From Vicugna vicugna (lineage: Eukaryota): a stretch of DNA of 64,000 nucleotides. Under the pieces are notes generated by a model that had not been told where the DNA came from, searched no databases, and saw nothing but the letters and a program-made list of their open reading frames with translations. The stretch covers positions 1,922,911 to 1,986,910 of the forward strand of contig MU058531.1 of NCBI GenBank assembly GCA_013265495.1. Direction: 5' to 3'. Shown here in pieces: positions 53,519 to 64,000 of this stretch; the stretch's first letter is position 1; each line of letters opens with the position of its first letter. A program made the translations under genes and the position numbers.

Positions 53519-53675
53519 CAGGAGTCAATAAATTCTCTGTAAAGGGATTTTAGGGCCACATTTGGTCTCTGTTACCGATTCTCTGTGTGTGTGCTTTTAC
53601 AACCCTTAAAAAATATAAAAACCATCCTTAGCTCCCAGGCCGTACAAACAAAAACAGACAGTCTGCTGACCCCTA
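53519..53675. mobile_element. MER58C-like hAT-Charlie element
   Basis: Termini caggagtcaataaa..ctgtaaaggg and tgctgacccct; internal ttacaacccttaaaaaatataaaaaccatccttagctc. Confidence 0.65.
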
Positions 53676-53890
53676 CTCTGCTGTCCAATAAATACATGAG
53701 TCATATATGTAATTTAAAATTTGCCAATGTTTACATTTAAAAAGGTAAAGAGAAACAGGTGAAGTTAATTTTAATATATTTTATTTAATCCAATATTTTT
53801 CCCCAAATTATCATTTTAACATGTAAACAAAATTACTAATGAAATCTTAAACCTTTTTTAAAAACTAAGTCTTTGAAATCTAAATGTAGA
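53676..53890. mobile_element. MER33-like hAT-Charlie element, truncated
   Basis: ctgctgtccaata..catatatgtaattt..aaacaggtgaagttaattttaata..actaagtctttgaaatc. Confidence 0.75.
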
Positions 53891-53894
53891 CAAA

Positions 53895-54660
53895 CAGGAG
53901 AGATGACCTTCCAATCAATACTCAGTGTTAATGAATGACTGCTGGGACAACTGGAATGCTATCTAGAAAAAATAGCTGGATCCTTTTGAGGCTTTACTCC
54001 ATTATAAATCCCAGACAGAAATGAGATTGCAATGTAAAAAAAGTAAAATAATAAATTCCGATGGCCAGTAAAAGAAAAACAATGCCAAGAAAGATGTTAT
54101 TTTAACCATCAGATTGGCGAAGACTGAAATCTCCTGATCCTCAATAAAACTGAGTTTTGTAACTCAAATACCATTAATGGAAACATAAATGTGCATGATC
54201 TTTGTTGAGGGCAGCTTGGCAATATGTATAAACATGCACCTCACTTCTGGAAATTCACCCAAAGAGGCAATTATAAAAAGCAAAAAAGTGCAGGCACAAG
54301 GACATTCACTGAAGCATCATCTATGAGAGAAAACAACTGAAAGCAGCTTAAATGTCCATCAACAGGACTGATTAAATAAAATATGGTGATTAAGGATAAT
54401 GTAGGCTTCTTATAGAAAGATGTTGACATTGCTGGGGGAAAAAGCAGGTTATTAAACATTATGTATAGTGTGATCCCATCTACCTAAAATTTAAAATTTC
54501 ATACAAATGCATATATTCATAAAGAGATATAAGAAGGATGTTTAATGAAATATATACTGTGATTACCTCTGATAGAGGCAGATTTGGGATAATTTTCTTT
54601 GGACATGATCATAAATGCTTATCTTCATTTTTATTTTTTACAACGATCATCTGACATCTT
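53895..54660 (+). mobile_element. Decayed L1ME-like fragment
   Basis: gctgggacaactggaatgctatctagaaaaa; ccatcagattggcgaaga; aaatgtccatcaacaggactgattaaataaaatatgg. Confidence 0.7.
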
Positions 54661-54729
54661 TTAACCCAGAATCATTTTTGTAACCTTCTCTGAATGATTT
54701 TTTTTTCAACTATAACTGTTAGAAATACC

Positions 54730-55037
54730 TTTCATACATGTCATTTTACAGAGTATGTTACATGTACCACAGTGTGGTGAGTACATTCTTTCACTGAAGT
54801 AACACTGCCTTCGTTCACATGTGCAACCAGTATTCACAGAAGCATCCTTCTATACATGTGACTTCACAGAGTATGTTACATGCAGCACAGTGTGGTGAAC
54901 TCATTCATTCACTGAAATACCACTACTCTGATTCAACAAACCATCAACACTCTTTAAAACATGTTTTAAACATATGTTTCTTTAAACAATGTCATACATG
55001 TACCACAAGGTGGTGAATATATTCCTTCACTGAAATA
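54730..55037. repeat. Degenerate three-copy tandem repeat, period 118 bp
   Basis: Core tacatg..caca..gtggtga...att..ttcactgaa.ta starts at 54759, 54877 and 54995. Confidence 0.85.
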
Positions 55038-56112
55038 ATCAGCATGAAGATTTTTATCTTTTTTGCTTACTATAAAACTTAATTTTAATTTTACAAATTA
55101 TTGGAGAGGATTAGCAGAAAAATGTTAAAAGCAAACAAACAGCCTTTATTTAGTGAGTAAACCATTTTCATAGGCTATAGAGAGAGTAGGGAGAAGTAGA
55201 AGTAACAAAGAAACTTAATAAACCAGACATAAAAGGAAGCCTCTTGAGGTTTCCTAGGTTGAGCTATAATTTGATCCCTATACAAGGCATGGGAAGGACA
55301 AGTATTTTGACTCCCCCGTCTTGTGGCATTGCTACACGCTAATACATACCAAAAATGCAATTCCTTAGAAATGAAAGACATCCTTGAAACGTACAGAACA
55401 AAACACAAGAAGAAAACTTTCTCTTGAGCTCAAAACACTCTTCAATATAAACCCAGGAACATACCCAAAATTACTACTATCAGAAAAGTCCCCCAGATTC
55501 CACAGAAATTATAAACTATAAGCAAAGTGATATATTTTCATGCCCTCATAAATTATCAAAAGAGCCTACCCAAAATAAAGGAAGCAAGGTCATGTGAAGA
55601 GTCCATTGCTAGTTTGCCCTCTACCTGTCAACAGGCTAAGTCACTTAAGATACAGACATGGATAAAGGTAATTTCATATAATGTCATTCTTCAGCCACTT
55701 GCTTTTCCAAGTTTGGGATTTATAAGATCTATAAAACCACAGGGAGGGCTATGGGATACAAATAAAATTTGACTCAAAATAATCTTTTCTTCTCCATTGC
55801 TGACATTTCTCAAAACCCTAGGCCTTCTTTCTCAATTAGTGGAAAGTTAGCACCAGGCTCATTGACAACAGATGCACAGGAGCTTACTATCAAAAAAAAT
55901 AGATGCCATGAAACAATCAGCGTGCTCCTGGGAGAACAGACTCCAAGTAGAAACAGTCAAACACAAAAAGATGATCAACATAAAAATGTTTTCTTAATTG
56001 CGGTGGGGGAAAAAGTCAACAGCTATTTTAAGAGTTAAAAGGCTGCCTTTTACTTGAACCTTCATGCTAGCTCTCCAACAGGCAGGCAGTGGAGATACTG
56101 TAGGTGCATTAC

Positions 56113-56202
56113 CTTTAGGAGGAAAATACGACTTGCTTTCAGCTTTGTGAGGCCAGTCTACGACGAGAGGTCCAAACCTGCGGAAGCTGGCAGTGATCTC
56201 AT
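56113..56202 (-). CDS. CPEB3: CPEB3 coding exon (90 nt, phase 1-1): DEITASFRRFGPLVVDWPHKAESKSYFPPK(G); RRM1
   Basis: Acceptor ttctgtag|AT, donor AAAG|gtaatg. In frame with both neighbours; CPEB2/3/4-family RRM1 peptide. Confidence 0.97.
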
Positions 56203-57379
56203 CTACAGAACAAAGAAGGAATCTTAGCAAAAAAGAAAAAAAATACTGCAAACAGAATATCATAAAACATGTCTTTTTATTTGAAAATGTTTGGAGAGCT
56301 ATTTTCTAAAGCATTTTTACAGAAGTCAAACTTATTAAGTGAAATACCATCGTTAAGGGGTTATTCACTGTCAACCATGCAGAATGTTTCTAACTATAAT
56401 TCATTTCCTTTCACTTCCAATAAACCTGACATGAAGAATTTGGAAGAAAAAGAATCTGACATTAGCTAAGGTGACCTCTCTGTCAAGTAAGAAGGAGGTT
56501 CTAAAAATAGGAATGTTCTCAGTTTTTAGGGAAAAAAAGGCAAAAAAAATCAAGTGTTTAAAATATGCTTGCACTTGCATGAAATAATCTCTAAAGTCAC
56601 TAATATTGGGTTATTATTATTAATTCAAGAGTGTTTTAGAAATAGATACTACTTTTTTGGTGAGGAGTAGAGACAGTAAGTAGGTAATTCTACTTAGGGA
56701 TAAGAAAAAGTTAAAAGTCAAAGTTCGCTTTCTCTCATACATTCCTAATACACATCCTGTAAGGAAAATGTTTCAAAAATTATAGCTTAACCCATTTATC
56801 TTTTCCTTCTGACTTTGTCTAAAGCAGAAGGTTATAACTAAGCTCCTAATCAGGCCTAAATTGCCACTCTCTCAGCCTTGATCAAACATTATGTCTTAAA
56901 GAAAAAAACCAATCTACAGATGAAATTAACACCAGTACGACAATAGTTTGGAGGGAAATGAGTCTCCAGCTGCGTACAACTTTAAAGCAGTAAGTCTAAG
57001 ATAAATCTATTTTAGAGACTATTCTCCCATCATGGAAAACAAGAAAATCGCGACAAATTAGACAAACATCATAGCTAGAATAATGCTGGCAAAACAATTC
57101 TGTTTGACAATGTTTTTATAGTAGATCTAAAGCCTATGAGAACTCGAGTTGTTTTTTTCCCTTGAGTTAACTTTGTCACAATTTTATTTCATCCATTCAT
57201 TCAACAAATATTTATTGACAACCTACTACATACTGATTGGCTTTAGGTGTAAGTGAAACTCACTTTTGGATTGGTAGTATCTCAAAAACATTACTAAGAA
57301 ATGTTCTAATTAGTCTTCATCTTTTAAAGGCAAGAGGGAGTTTTTCATTAATAGGGATCTACATTAAAGTATGAGATGC

Positions 57380-57628
57380 TAATGGTGTGATGGATATGCG
57401 CAAAAGCTCTGGAATCCAACTGAATTTGATTCCAGCTGCACCATTAGCTACATAACCCTGGATAAACTGCTTCTCTCTGATCCTCAATTTCCTCATCTAC
57501 AAAATGGAGCTGGTAGGAGACGCCTTACAGGACAGCCATGGAGATCAAATGACATAATGCAACATAAAGCATTTAGCACACTGATGGGCTTACAGTAAGC
57601 GTTCCATAAATATTAGCTCTCATTATTA
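57380..57628 (+). mobile_element. MIR SINE
   Basis: cctcaatttcctcatctacaaaatgg..aaagcatttagcaca..taaatattagct. Confidence 0.8.
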
Positions 57629-57858
57629 AATGTATCCCCAAATTAGTAACTAGGAAATGGGAAGCTGTTGGGAGACTGCTGTATATGAACAGCAGACCTG
57701 AGGTGCATCATCTATCACTTCCCCCATCTATCGAACATTCTCACCTCTGGACACTGAGATATGAATGTCCTAAAGCCACCCTGGAGAGGAGAGGTGGGGT
57801 CAGCTCACACAGATGACAAATCTGGCCTTTATAAAGTCGTTAAGTGAATGCATAGTAC

Positions 57859-58026
57859 CTTCATCGATGTCAGGAGGAAGGCCTCCAACAAACACCTTTC
57901 TAGAGTAGCGTTCTACTCGCTCTCCATTCTGACAGCGAGTGGGAGAACTTAAGCCAGATGACAAGGACTGATCGCCGTGACTGTCGTCCAGGAAGGCATC
58001 TTCAAAGGGAAAGAGAGAAGACCGAC
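57859..58026 (-). CDS. CPEB3: CPEB3 internal coding exon (168 nt, phase 1-1): (G)RSSLFPFEDAFLDDSHGDQSLSSGLSSPTRCQNGERVERYSRKVFVGGLPPDIDE; linker and start of RRM1
   Basis: Translation matches the CPEB3 sequence as I recall it (FPFEDAFLDDSHGDQ is CPEB3-specific; RKVFVGGLPPDIDE is RNP2 of RRM1). Acceptor tttcag|GT at 58028-58027; donor GAAG|gtacta at 57858-57857. Confidence 0.97.
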
Positions 58027-60099
58027 CTGAAACAAATGTGGGAGTTTCTACGGTTAAAATTATTTTCCTGGAAAACACATGCTTTATTAGGAGCCAAAGC
58101 ATAGTGTGAAGCATTCCAAAAAATATACCCTGAGCTGTGACTTTTTCAAGAGAATAAGCGACTGCAGATTACCAGGTCTGGACAAGTTAATACAATCATT
58201 TTTGTGTAAAGGTAGGTACAGCACAGAAATGACTGGACTGGCATTAAGGAAGAAGCAACAGAAATTGCATCTGTTTTCGCTGCTAAAAAAAAAAATCACT
58301 ACATTTTACTCATACAGTCCCTATCACTGCTATGAAGAGTACTCAGTGGTTATTGTTCCTTTCCCTGGGCATTTCTTAAAATAAACAGAAAAGTAATCTC
58401 TATTCACAGATTTTGATTGCTCTTTATGGTGACCTCGGAGGTTCAGTTCTAAAGATTGGCCCTGACAGCCGAGGGAATATTAAACTGATGACAGAGGCTG
58501 GTAACTCCTCTGACAGCCGGACTAAAAATGATCAATTTTTAGATTTTCCCTGCCATTCCCAGCTACTCCAATTTGGAAATAAATGTGCAGTAATAAAGGG
58601 TGGGGCAAGTAAATGAAAACACATGCATTAAGATGTAGGAGTATAGATGTGGATGTGGTTATGACATCTTTATTCACCTAACCTGTATTTCGTATCACTC
58701 AAGTTATTTTCATTGTTAACTCTAGAGCCAAACAAAGTTTGCAGAGCAAAGGCACCTACCCCCTCCACATGACTATAAGGAAAATGCCAGCAGTTAGAAT
58801 CTGTTAATAAATCTAACACAGTAATGCCATCCAGCATTACAAAATAAAATCTAAGTTTAAAAAAACATATATATTTCCTGGGTGAGTCAGTTAGTTCCTA
58901 GTAAAACTTTCTGCTAGGTTCCACTCTAAAAATGAGCTATCTTGAGTGCTCTAATTTTTGAAAAAAAGAAAAATTCCCCTCTAAAATGAATTCATACACT
59001 CTTCAAAATAAAGGACACTGTCTTCCCCATTTAGTCTATGCTGTCTATATTTCCCTGAGACCTAGGTTCTGCATCACTACAGTCAACTCTCTAAAACAGA
59101 TTATAAATAGCCTTAGAAAAATACAGACCATTTATTTCTTTTATAAAAAAAATAGTTACTAATATAACTCTATTTATTTTATGAACAACCCAGGTGGTAT
59201 AAGAAAGGCACTGTTTTGACGTTGAGAGTTAATAAATAAAAGGACCAAAGAATTTTTTGTTCAGCTCTTCCCAGCTTAGCTACAAAGAAACAGAACAAAA
59301 TTTGTCACCTCGTGTCACCTAGCTTTTTGAGCCTAGCAAGGACAAATAATAGACAGTAAATTCTCATCCCTTGATGTCTCTTTTGTTCATTGCGGGTAAA
59401 CGAACTAGGTTTGCAGCAACTGCAGGCAAAGTGAGCTTCCCAAAGACACCCAGTAATGTTCCCCTACAGCTGTCAGGTTTGCTTTTCATGTAGTCCACAC
59501 TCAGTGAATTACGTGCCTACTCTGACAGGCACACACCCCCATCAGCATTTCCCACGTTACGTTCCTATCCCCACCCCTTACCCTCAACACTAGTAACATG
59601 AGATGCTCAGAAAACAAGAGCTGGTGGAGGATGGTGTCGAGAGAACCTAATAATATTGGAAAACACTGCACATCTTATGCCCATCTCAGAAAATCACAAT
59701 TCATATTAGAATACCCAGACTGGGAAAAATTCTGCAGTAAAATAGCTTCATCTAGCATTACCTGGATTTAAGATAAAGGGAACTTTAGCATACATACATA
59801 ACTCAGTGGAAAACACTTGAAAAAATATTTATCCACATTCCAGGAACAGCAAACAAGTAAGATAGTTATTTGGAAGTCCCTGCCAATGAAATCAAGTCTC
59901 GTGAGAGAGATAAGCAAGTACATAACTAAAATAGAGAAAGAAGTACGCAGAGAAGACTTTACCTAATGACACAAGAGCACAATTTACTGTTCTATGGGAA
60001 ATGGGCAGGGGACCTTCACAGGGATTTCAGAGAAGGGCAATTCTGTGCAGACTCTTGTGGGAGTGGGAGTTTCTAAGGTGAAGAAGAAAGGACTTTCAA

Positions 60100-61025
60100 A
60101 ACAGCTCTTGACCTTTCCCTCCAAAGCTGCTCCTCTGGCATTCCCTGCAATCTCAGTCAAAAGTGACTATCACCCACACTCAATTCAATCTAGGAATCTA
60201 GGAGTCATCCTTGACATCCCTTTCTTTCACACTCCACATCTAACCCATCTGTCACTAAGTCCTACCAACACACAAGCCACAAAATAATTCTTCAGTCCAT
60301 TTGGTTCTCTCCATCTCCAGTCCTAACATCTTGGTCCAGGTAACCATCATCCCTCCCCTGAACTAACAGTGCAATGAGTCTACACCACAGCCTGTTTAGT
60401 TGGCTGATTTCGATCTTGTACCCCACAATGCTTTCTGCACCAAACAGACAGTCACCATTTCCAAATATTAATCTGAATGTGTAACCACACTCTTCACCCC
60501 TATCCTTAAATCCCTTCTCCCCCTTTTTGGATAAAGTACAAAAACTGTAAACTGTAAGGCCTCTGCCTTCCTCTCCTACATCATAGTTTCCACTTGTCCC
60601 TCTGGTTCACTAAGCCCTTGATCACACAGACCTCCTTAGAAATTCCTCATTATTCCTCCCAGCCTCAGGCCCTAAGGACAAGATGTCCCCCGACCCAAAA
60701 CAAACACCCTCCTCTCCACTCCTCCATTGCATAGTTCATTCCTGTTCATTCTTAAGGTCTAAGCTGAAAAGTCATTGAAACTCAGGTGGAACTTTCCTGA
60801 CCTTCTAGATTAGATTAGATGCCCTTTCCTATCCACTCACAGCACGTTCTCAAACATTTTTTCCATTACCATTATGCTATCATGTGTGTGTGTATTTGGT
60901 ATCTTGTTCCCCAACTCAATTAAACTGTAAGCGTTATTAGGACAGGGACCGATTTAATCCCATTCACCTCTGTATCTTCAGGTCCTACTAAGAGCATATA
61001 TAAGGTATTCAGTAAGTGTTAAAAG
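60100..61025 (+). mobile_element. L2 fragment including the 3' region
   Basis: aatctaggagtcatccttgac..ctctccatctcca..gtccaggtaaccatcatc..ctgtaagcgttattaggacagggacc..attcagtaagtgtt. Confidence 0.75.
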
Positions 61026-61814
61026 TGACGCAGCAGCAAAAAAAAAAAAAAAAAGGAACACAGTAAGTGCAAATATATGATGGAACACAATATACAGGTG
61101 TGAGGATGGCAAGAGATGGAACCGTGTTCCTAGAAATTGAGAACTTCTCTCTTGCTTCTGTTTGTTCAAGCATTACATTTTGTACTCTGTATTACAAAAG
61201 CAACAGGAAATCTCCCCATTTTCCAAATTTAATATTTCATTCTAATACTAGCTTTAAAAAAAAAACTACAGTCACTCCGTGGAGACTCTGATACATCCAT
61301 CTAATCCATCTTCCATCCCGTCAGAATGATGTCTCTAAGATGCCTCTTACCACGTTATTCCCACTACCCCAAATCCTACATCACCTCCACCAGTAATTTG
61401 CACCCAGGGAGAGAAGGGTGGGTGGGGTGAGAGTCTGAAGAAATCTGTGATTGTCCAGATAAGAGATGAGGAAGTCTCAAACCAGAGCAGTGAAGGAGAA
61501 GTAGCTGATGTTCAAGACATTCTGGAACAAAGAGAACTGTTCTTTCTGCACGGCCAACATAACCACAGCTTCCCCAGAGTATTTTGGCAAAGAAAATACA
61601 AGCAAGAGTTAATTGTAAAAATTTGAACTGTTTTAAAAATCACTTATGGGTACTTGAGAAAGTTTCCAAGGTTTAAAACCAAGCCTCTGTCTTATTATTA
61701 CTATATAGAGTGCCATAGACTCTAGTAATAAACTTGCCCCTGCAAATGAAACTGCTAAGAATTCACATATACATGATGTATCTCTCTAACTGTAGGTAAG
61801 AACTAAGGATGTAG

Positions 61815-61930
61815 GTCTCAGAGCTCAGTCCCCAGATCTACTTAATCTGAATTATGAAGGTCAAACTTGAAAATCAGCACTTTTAACAAATTTCCCCAGT
61901 GATTCCTAAGCTCAAATTTAAGAACCACTG
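61815..61930. mobile_element. MER5A-like relic
   Basis: cccagatctacttaatctgaa..ttttaacaaatttccccagtgattc..tttaagaaccactg. Confidence 0.65.
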
Positions 61931-62158
61931 AAATGCAGATTATCTGTCCACAGAAGACAGGCACTAAGAGAGACACTGTGTGAAGTGTATGGGAGCCTTG
62001 GGAAACATCCAAGGTCAAACATGTTAAGAAAAGTACATCCTCAGAAATAGAACATAAAAAAATCTATAATCTAGTCAACCTTACTGTAACATGACTGCCT
62101 GAAGTGCTGATGGAACAAAGAGTTAGTCTGCAGGAAGTATTAAAAAGATAGAAGAGTT

Positions 62159-62314
62159 GGGGGAGGGTATAGCTCAGTGGTAGAGGGACTTCCTAGCTTG
62201 CCCAAGGTCCTGGGTTCAATCCCCAGTACCTCCTCTAAAAATAAATACATAAATGAACCTAATTACCTCCCCCTTCAAAAAGAATAAATTAAAAAAATAA
62301 TAATAACAGAAAAT
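62159..62314 (+). mobile_element. tRNA-derived SINE, camelid Vic-1-like
   Basis: Same A/B-box body and tail as the 31224 copy. Degenerate TSD aaaagatagaagagt (62143-62157) / aaaagacaaaagagt (62315-62329). Confidence 0.9.
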
Positions 62315-63724
62315 AAAAGACAAAAGAGTAGGTTAAGAAACCGTAGTGTTTGCCTAGTGCAAACTAACAGGAGATAGGTGGGTTTTATCATACTGGTGGG
62401 AATACTCTTCTGTGGGACAAAAGGGCTCATTTGATGTTTCCAGAGCCTGAAAACCATAATTTTCTCTATGTTCTGATTATAAATTCCTGAAAGACTGTTC
62501 TATTAATTAATTTAGTGCCTTTCTATTGTGAAGAGGTGGCTCTTGAACTAGTAGACAAATACTCAGCCACTGAAATTGTATTTCTGTTACATCCATCCCC
62601 ATGATAAGTTAAAACACTGGTATTCTGATTTGTCCAGTGATCCTCGAGAGGTGGGTACTCGTGCATTCATTTGGTTGGCATAAATCATCCCTCTACGGCA
62701 AATAGTCCCTGGGAAGACTGGTAAATAAAATTTTAGTTCCTGGATGTGTGTTACTAGGAACTGAAACTTAAGAGGCTGTACCCAAATTGTGTCCCATGAG
62801 AGGCCCTGCTACTAACTTGCATCTCTCTGACATACTTCTTTTCTTTAAAGCATTCCCCAAGACTGAAATGTTGTCAGTATGTCACGTTACTTACCAAAAA
62901 TTATATTCTTACGTACCTAGCATATGAATCTGTTTTAGAATCTCGTGATACTTCCACATAAAATATTCATATTCAATATTTCAACAGAAGCAGAAGAAAT
63001 GCTTCTCGACAGCTGCGCTTCGGCCATCTGGCTTTCTCTTCCAACAATGGTCTGGTTTTCTGATCTCTATTTTCAATTAATAACCAGAATGTAGTTTTTG
63101 ATCCAGTAATTGGACAAACACTCTCTGATGGAGAGATGACTTAAAGCTAAAGGAGCCTTGTAAGACAACTGCCAAATAAGAATCCTGCAAAGTACTAGAG
63201 CATGGAAGCCTTATCCAAAAGAACTCTTGCCCAGCACCCTCCCTTTCCTGCAGCTTATGATGGGAAAACAAAAGCCCACTGGCCGTGCTGGGCTGCCAAA
63301 ACTGCTCGGACCTCACCTCTGAGCTCCCATGTCTCTGCTATCAATCCAGGGCCCAAGCTCCAGGGCCCTGTCCCAATACTTTCATTCCAAGCCTGACCCT
63401 TTTCATCGTAGTTTTGCAACTAGCTCAGAAGTAAGTCACTTTAAAGATTTAAAAATAAAAAAAAAATTCTTTTAAAAAGATTATGGGGCATGACTCCCAT
63501 AAGAAAAAAAAAAATGCCTGGAAGTCAAGATAGTCAGGTTCCAGCCTAGGCTTTACTCTGTGATCTTGCACAAGACGTTTCACTTACCCGAGTCTCATTT
63601 ATATAATGAGGGATTTGAACTAGGTGAATGGTTTTCAAATTTCTAGGGGCAGCCAGCGGCATTCCTTTTACTATACAAAAATCTTACCTAAAACCCTAAT
63701 ATACAAACAGATAAAAATACATCT

Positions 63725-64000
63725 TACTTTGTAATACAATGTCAGTATCTCTTAGGCATCACAAACTGAATGTGTTTAAAAATGAACTTTTTCTTTTCTT
63801 TTTCCTTTTAATTAATTTAGTTAGTTATTGAAGCAAAGTTGATTTACAATGTTGTGTTAGTTTCTAAATGTACTCTTGACATCTACTTTAAATCTATTCT
63901 CTCCCATTCCCATTTCAATACATGGCATCATAGTTCACCCAATTGCTCAGGCCAGAACCCGAACATCATTTTTGAATCTTCCTTGTTTGCTCTCCCCATT
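63725..64000 (+). mobile_element. L2 fragment, runs off the window edge
   Basis: taggcatcacaaactgaatgtgt..ttcacccaattgctcaggccagaacc..catcatttttga. Confidence 0.65.
63790..63866 (-). mobile_element. Very short L1 3' tail inserted into an L2
   Basis: T-rich tail plus ttgaagcaaagttgatttacaatgttgtgttagtttct. Flanks aaatgaactttt / aaatgtactctt look like a TSD. Confidence 0.75.

Larger units (their letters stand above)
1..64000 (-). other. CPEB3: Whole window lies inside the CPEB3 transcription unit; complete introns of 1656, 19867, 12899 and 8993 bp, plus partial introns at both edges
   Basis: Five collinear minus-strand exons give 674 nt of spliced open frame. Neither the terminal exon (VEVKPYVLDD...) nor any upstream exon was seen. 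Confidence 0.9.

Noticed and set aside
54730..55037. CRISPR-like repeat/spacer array
   Set aside because: Mammalian intron, only three degenerate copies, spacers partly homologous to each other, and no cas genes.
58485..58516. Hammerhead-like CUGAUGA plus CAGAGG/CCUCUG stem
   Set aside because: The stem is followed by ACAG/GACA instead of the required GAAA, no convincing stems I and III are present, and it is antisense to the gene.
1..64000. HDV-like CPEB3 self-cleaving ribozyme
   Set aside because: I looked for its reverse complement (cagcagaattcgcagattcaccagaatctgacagggg...tgtggccccc) and did not see it. It is known from intron 2, well upstream of the exons present, so it would lie beyond coordinate 64000. 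An Infernal search with the Rfam model would confirm absence.
58027..64000. Known 24-nt CPEB3 microexon (TRSYGRRR-like)
   Set aside because: No matching sequence seen in the 6 kb upstream of the 168-nt exon. The donor-like site near 62892 (TTG|gtaagt) is not preceded by that peptide.

Overview
Mammalian genomic DNA containing the central-to-3' part of the CPEB3 gene (cytoplasmic polyadenylation element binding protein 3) on the minus strand. The tRNA-derived SINEs point to a camelid (camel/alpaca). Five internal coding exons have canonical GT-AG boundaries and compatible phases: 58026-57859 (168 nt), 56202-56113 (90), 36245-36127 (119), 23227-23113 (115) and 14119-13938 (182). Together they encode the linker, RRM1 and RRM2. 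I did not find the N-terminal exons, the 8-aa microexon, the HDV-like CPEB3 ribozyme or the last (ZZ-domain) exon; they probably lie outside the window. About 99% of the window is intron filled with SINE, L1, L2, MIR, CR1/L3 and hAT-type MER relics; family names are from recalled consensus sequences and old-repeat boundaries are approximate. No new biological system can be established from sequence alone. The best leads are: candidate unannotated cassette exons in the intron inside RRM2 (an in-frame 15-nt microexon, and 156-nt and 69-nt poison exons); a polyadenylated insert flanked by a ~240-bp duplication; an exactly 118-bp-periodic triple repeat; inverted SINEs around a frame-preserving 297-nt exon pair; and two CTCF motifs.
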